NCBI GenBank assembly: GCA_001938485.1 | Contig: MQRK01176686.1 | Location: 1-50,757, forward strand | Source of the DNA: Girardia tigrina | Taxonomy: Eukaryota | Reading direction: 5' to 3' | DNA length: 50,757 nucleotides | Shown: positions 49,356 through 50,757 of the stretch, piece after piece | Layout: each line of letters opens with the position of its first letter | Position numbering within the stretch: position 1 is the stretch's first letter | Translations under genes and position numbers: made by a program | The notes under the pieces: model-generated | Told to the model about the DNA's origin: nothing | Seen by the model: only the letters and a program-made list of their open reading frames with translations | Database searches by the model: none

Positions 49356-50540
49356 AAATAAAATTATTTTCAACTTAAAATCTACAGATTTGTACAGTGT
49401 AAGTGTTGTTGTTTGAGACTGGTCACAAAGTAATAGAGAGTCATACCTCTTCATTTTACAATGCATGGTGTGGATTGCATTTGGTATTTCACGTCTGATC
49501 CATCGACAAGTCCCAACAAGGGTAGTTCGCTTTGCCTTTAACTCCTTCCAGAGGGCTAAGGAGGTGAAAAATTTATCCGCTGTTACGTTGTGTCCTTTGC
49601 CTACATACAATCTGATTAGCTCCGTTGTTACGTGATGACTGAGTTGTTTGTTGGGTGACATGAAGCTATCTTTTCCCAAGTATGGTTGAGCATTCAATAT
49701 GTACTTAGTTCCTGTATCACACAAGAGCCTAAATTTTATCCCAAACTTTTCGGGCTTATTGCTCATATATTGTATGAACGGACAGCGGCATTAGTGAAGC
49801 AAGAGATGTTCATCGATCGTAAGCTCCACACCTGGATAAAAAGAAGATTGAGAATTTTCTATGAATCGATCAAAAGCCATGAAATCATGGTGAAGTTATC
49901 CTTTTTCTATCTTTCGCTTCATGTAGATTTGTCATCAAAACATCGATATCGCATTAAATCTTTGAATCGATCGCATGACATGGTTGAAGAAAAAGTTGCC
50001 ATTCCCAATTTCCTGTTCCACAATTTGGTTATTGGAATGTTGGAGGCACAACATGCACCGCGAATGAACAGCAAGCCAATAAATGCTTGTAATTCGCCAA
50101 TTGAAATTCTCCAAGTGCCAGCTCAAAGTTGTCTTTGTGCTTCTCTCTCTATGCATTTTGAAACGTGACGCAGTACGCTGTCATCAAATAAAATGTTAAA
50201 ACACTGTATTCTTCAGAAGGATTGATAGAACGGAGGGTTTTTGGGTGTGTATCCACTTTTTCCAGTGAAACATTGTAACCCGTGATTCTACCACTCACTT
50301 TGTTATTCATTGTTACCGATTTCCAGAGATTTCCATCTTTCCCTTGCATTTCTTCTGTGAAAATTGTCTCTTCTAAACACGAGTCGCTATCGTCCACACT
50401 TTCATCATTCTCTTCAAAATCGCTACTGTTTGATTTATATACGTTTCCTTCACAGCTATTATCTGTGCTAAGATAATCGTCACCTGACTCATCATCTTTT
50501 ATATTCCATAGTGAGCGTAAGGCTTTATAAAACTTCAATA
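49356..50540 (-). mobile_element. piggyBac transposase pseudogene, 3'-truncated (partial duplicate at ~48395-48540)
   Basis: Acidic N-terminus; MSCDRFKDLMRYRCFDDK, IDEHL..CRCPFIQYMSNKPEKFGIKF, PYLGK, VTADKFFTS, LVGTCR. Confidence 0.9.
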
Positions 50541-50757
50541 ATCAATAAATGTTTGAAAATTAAATTTCATCCATGGATCAATAAAAATATTTTTGACAAC
50601 AATAATTAACGAATCATGTTATTCATATAATTGATGTTGTGTTCCCCTTTGTTTCAACATTTCTGTAAGCTCAGAGCTCACATCCGTTTTTTAGTTAAAC
50701 GGCAACTCCATTACACAATTTACGCTTCAGTATCTTAACACTACATTCATGGGGAAC

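Overview
AT-rich, gapped eukaryotic (animal) scaffold, probably a triclad flatworm. That assignment is inference from the DM9 gene, mariner/Penelope/Merlin/Helitron load and ~50-nt introns. Host genes: the 3' exons of a KIF6-type kinesin (+); a highly divergent, tail-less alpha-tubulin converging on it (-); a two-exon tandem-DM9 lectin-like gene (-); an intronless GT32 DXD glycosyltransferase (+); a decayed SERBP1/HABP4 paralog (+); and an intronless double-RING protein (+). The rest is a dense, often nested collection of decayed transposons: mariners, Tc1/IS630-like, hAT and hAT MITEs with 8-bp TSDs, MULE, Merlin, piggyBac, Helitron-type non-autonomous elements, Gypsy-like pol relics and Penelope fragments. 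Non-coding highlights are four minimal hammerhead ribozyme motifs (three directly tied to Penelope 3' ends, plus a truncated inverted copy), a 5.8S rRNA fragment inserted in a hAT transposase, and an orphan GC-elevated island with degenerate coding potential. Several near-identical duplications flank 50-N gaps and are probably uncollapsed haplotypes. All homology calls are from motif recognition, not database searches.
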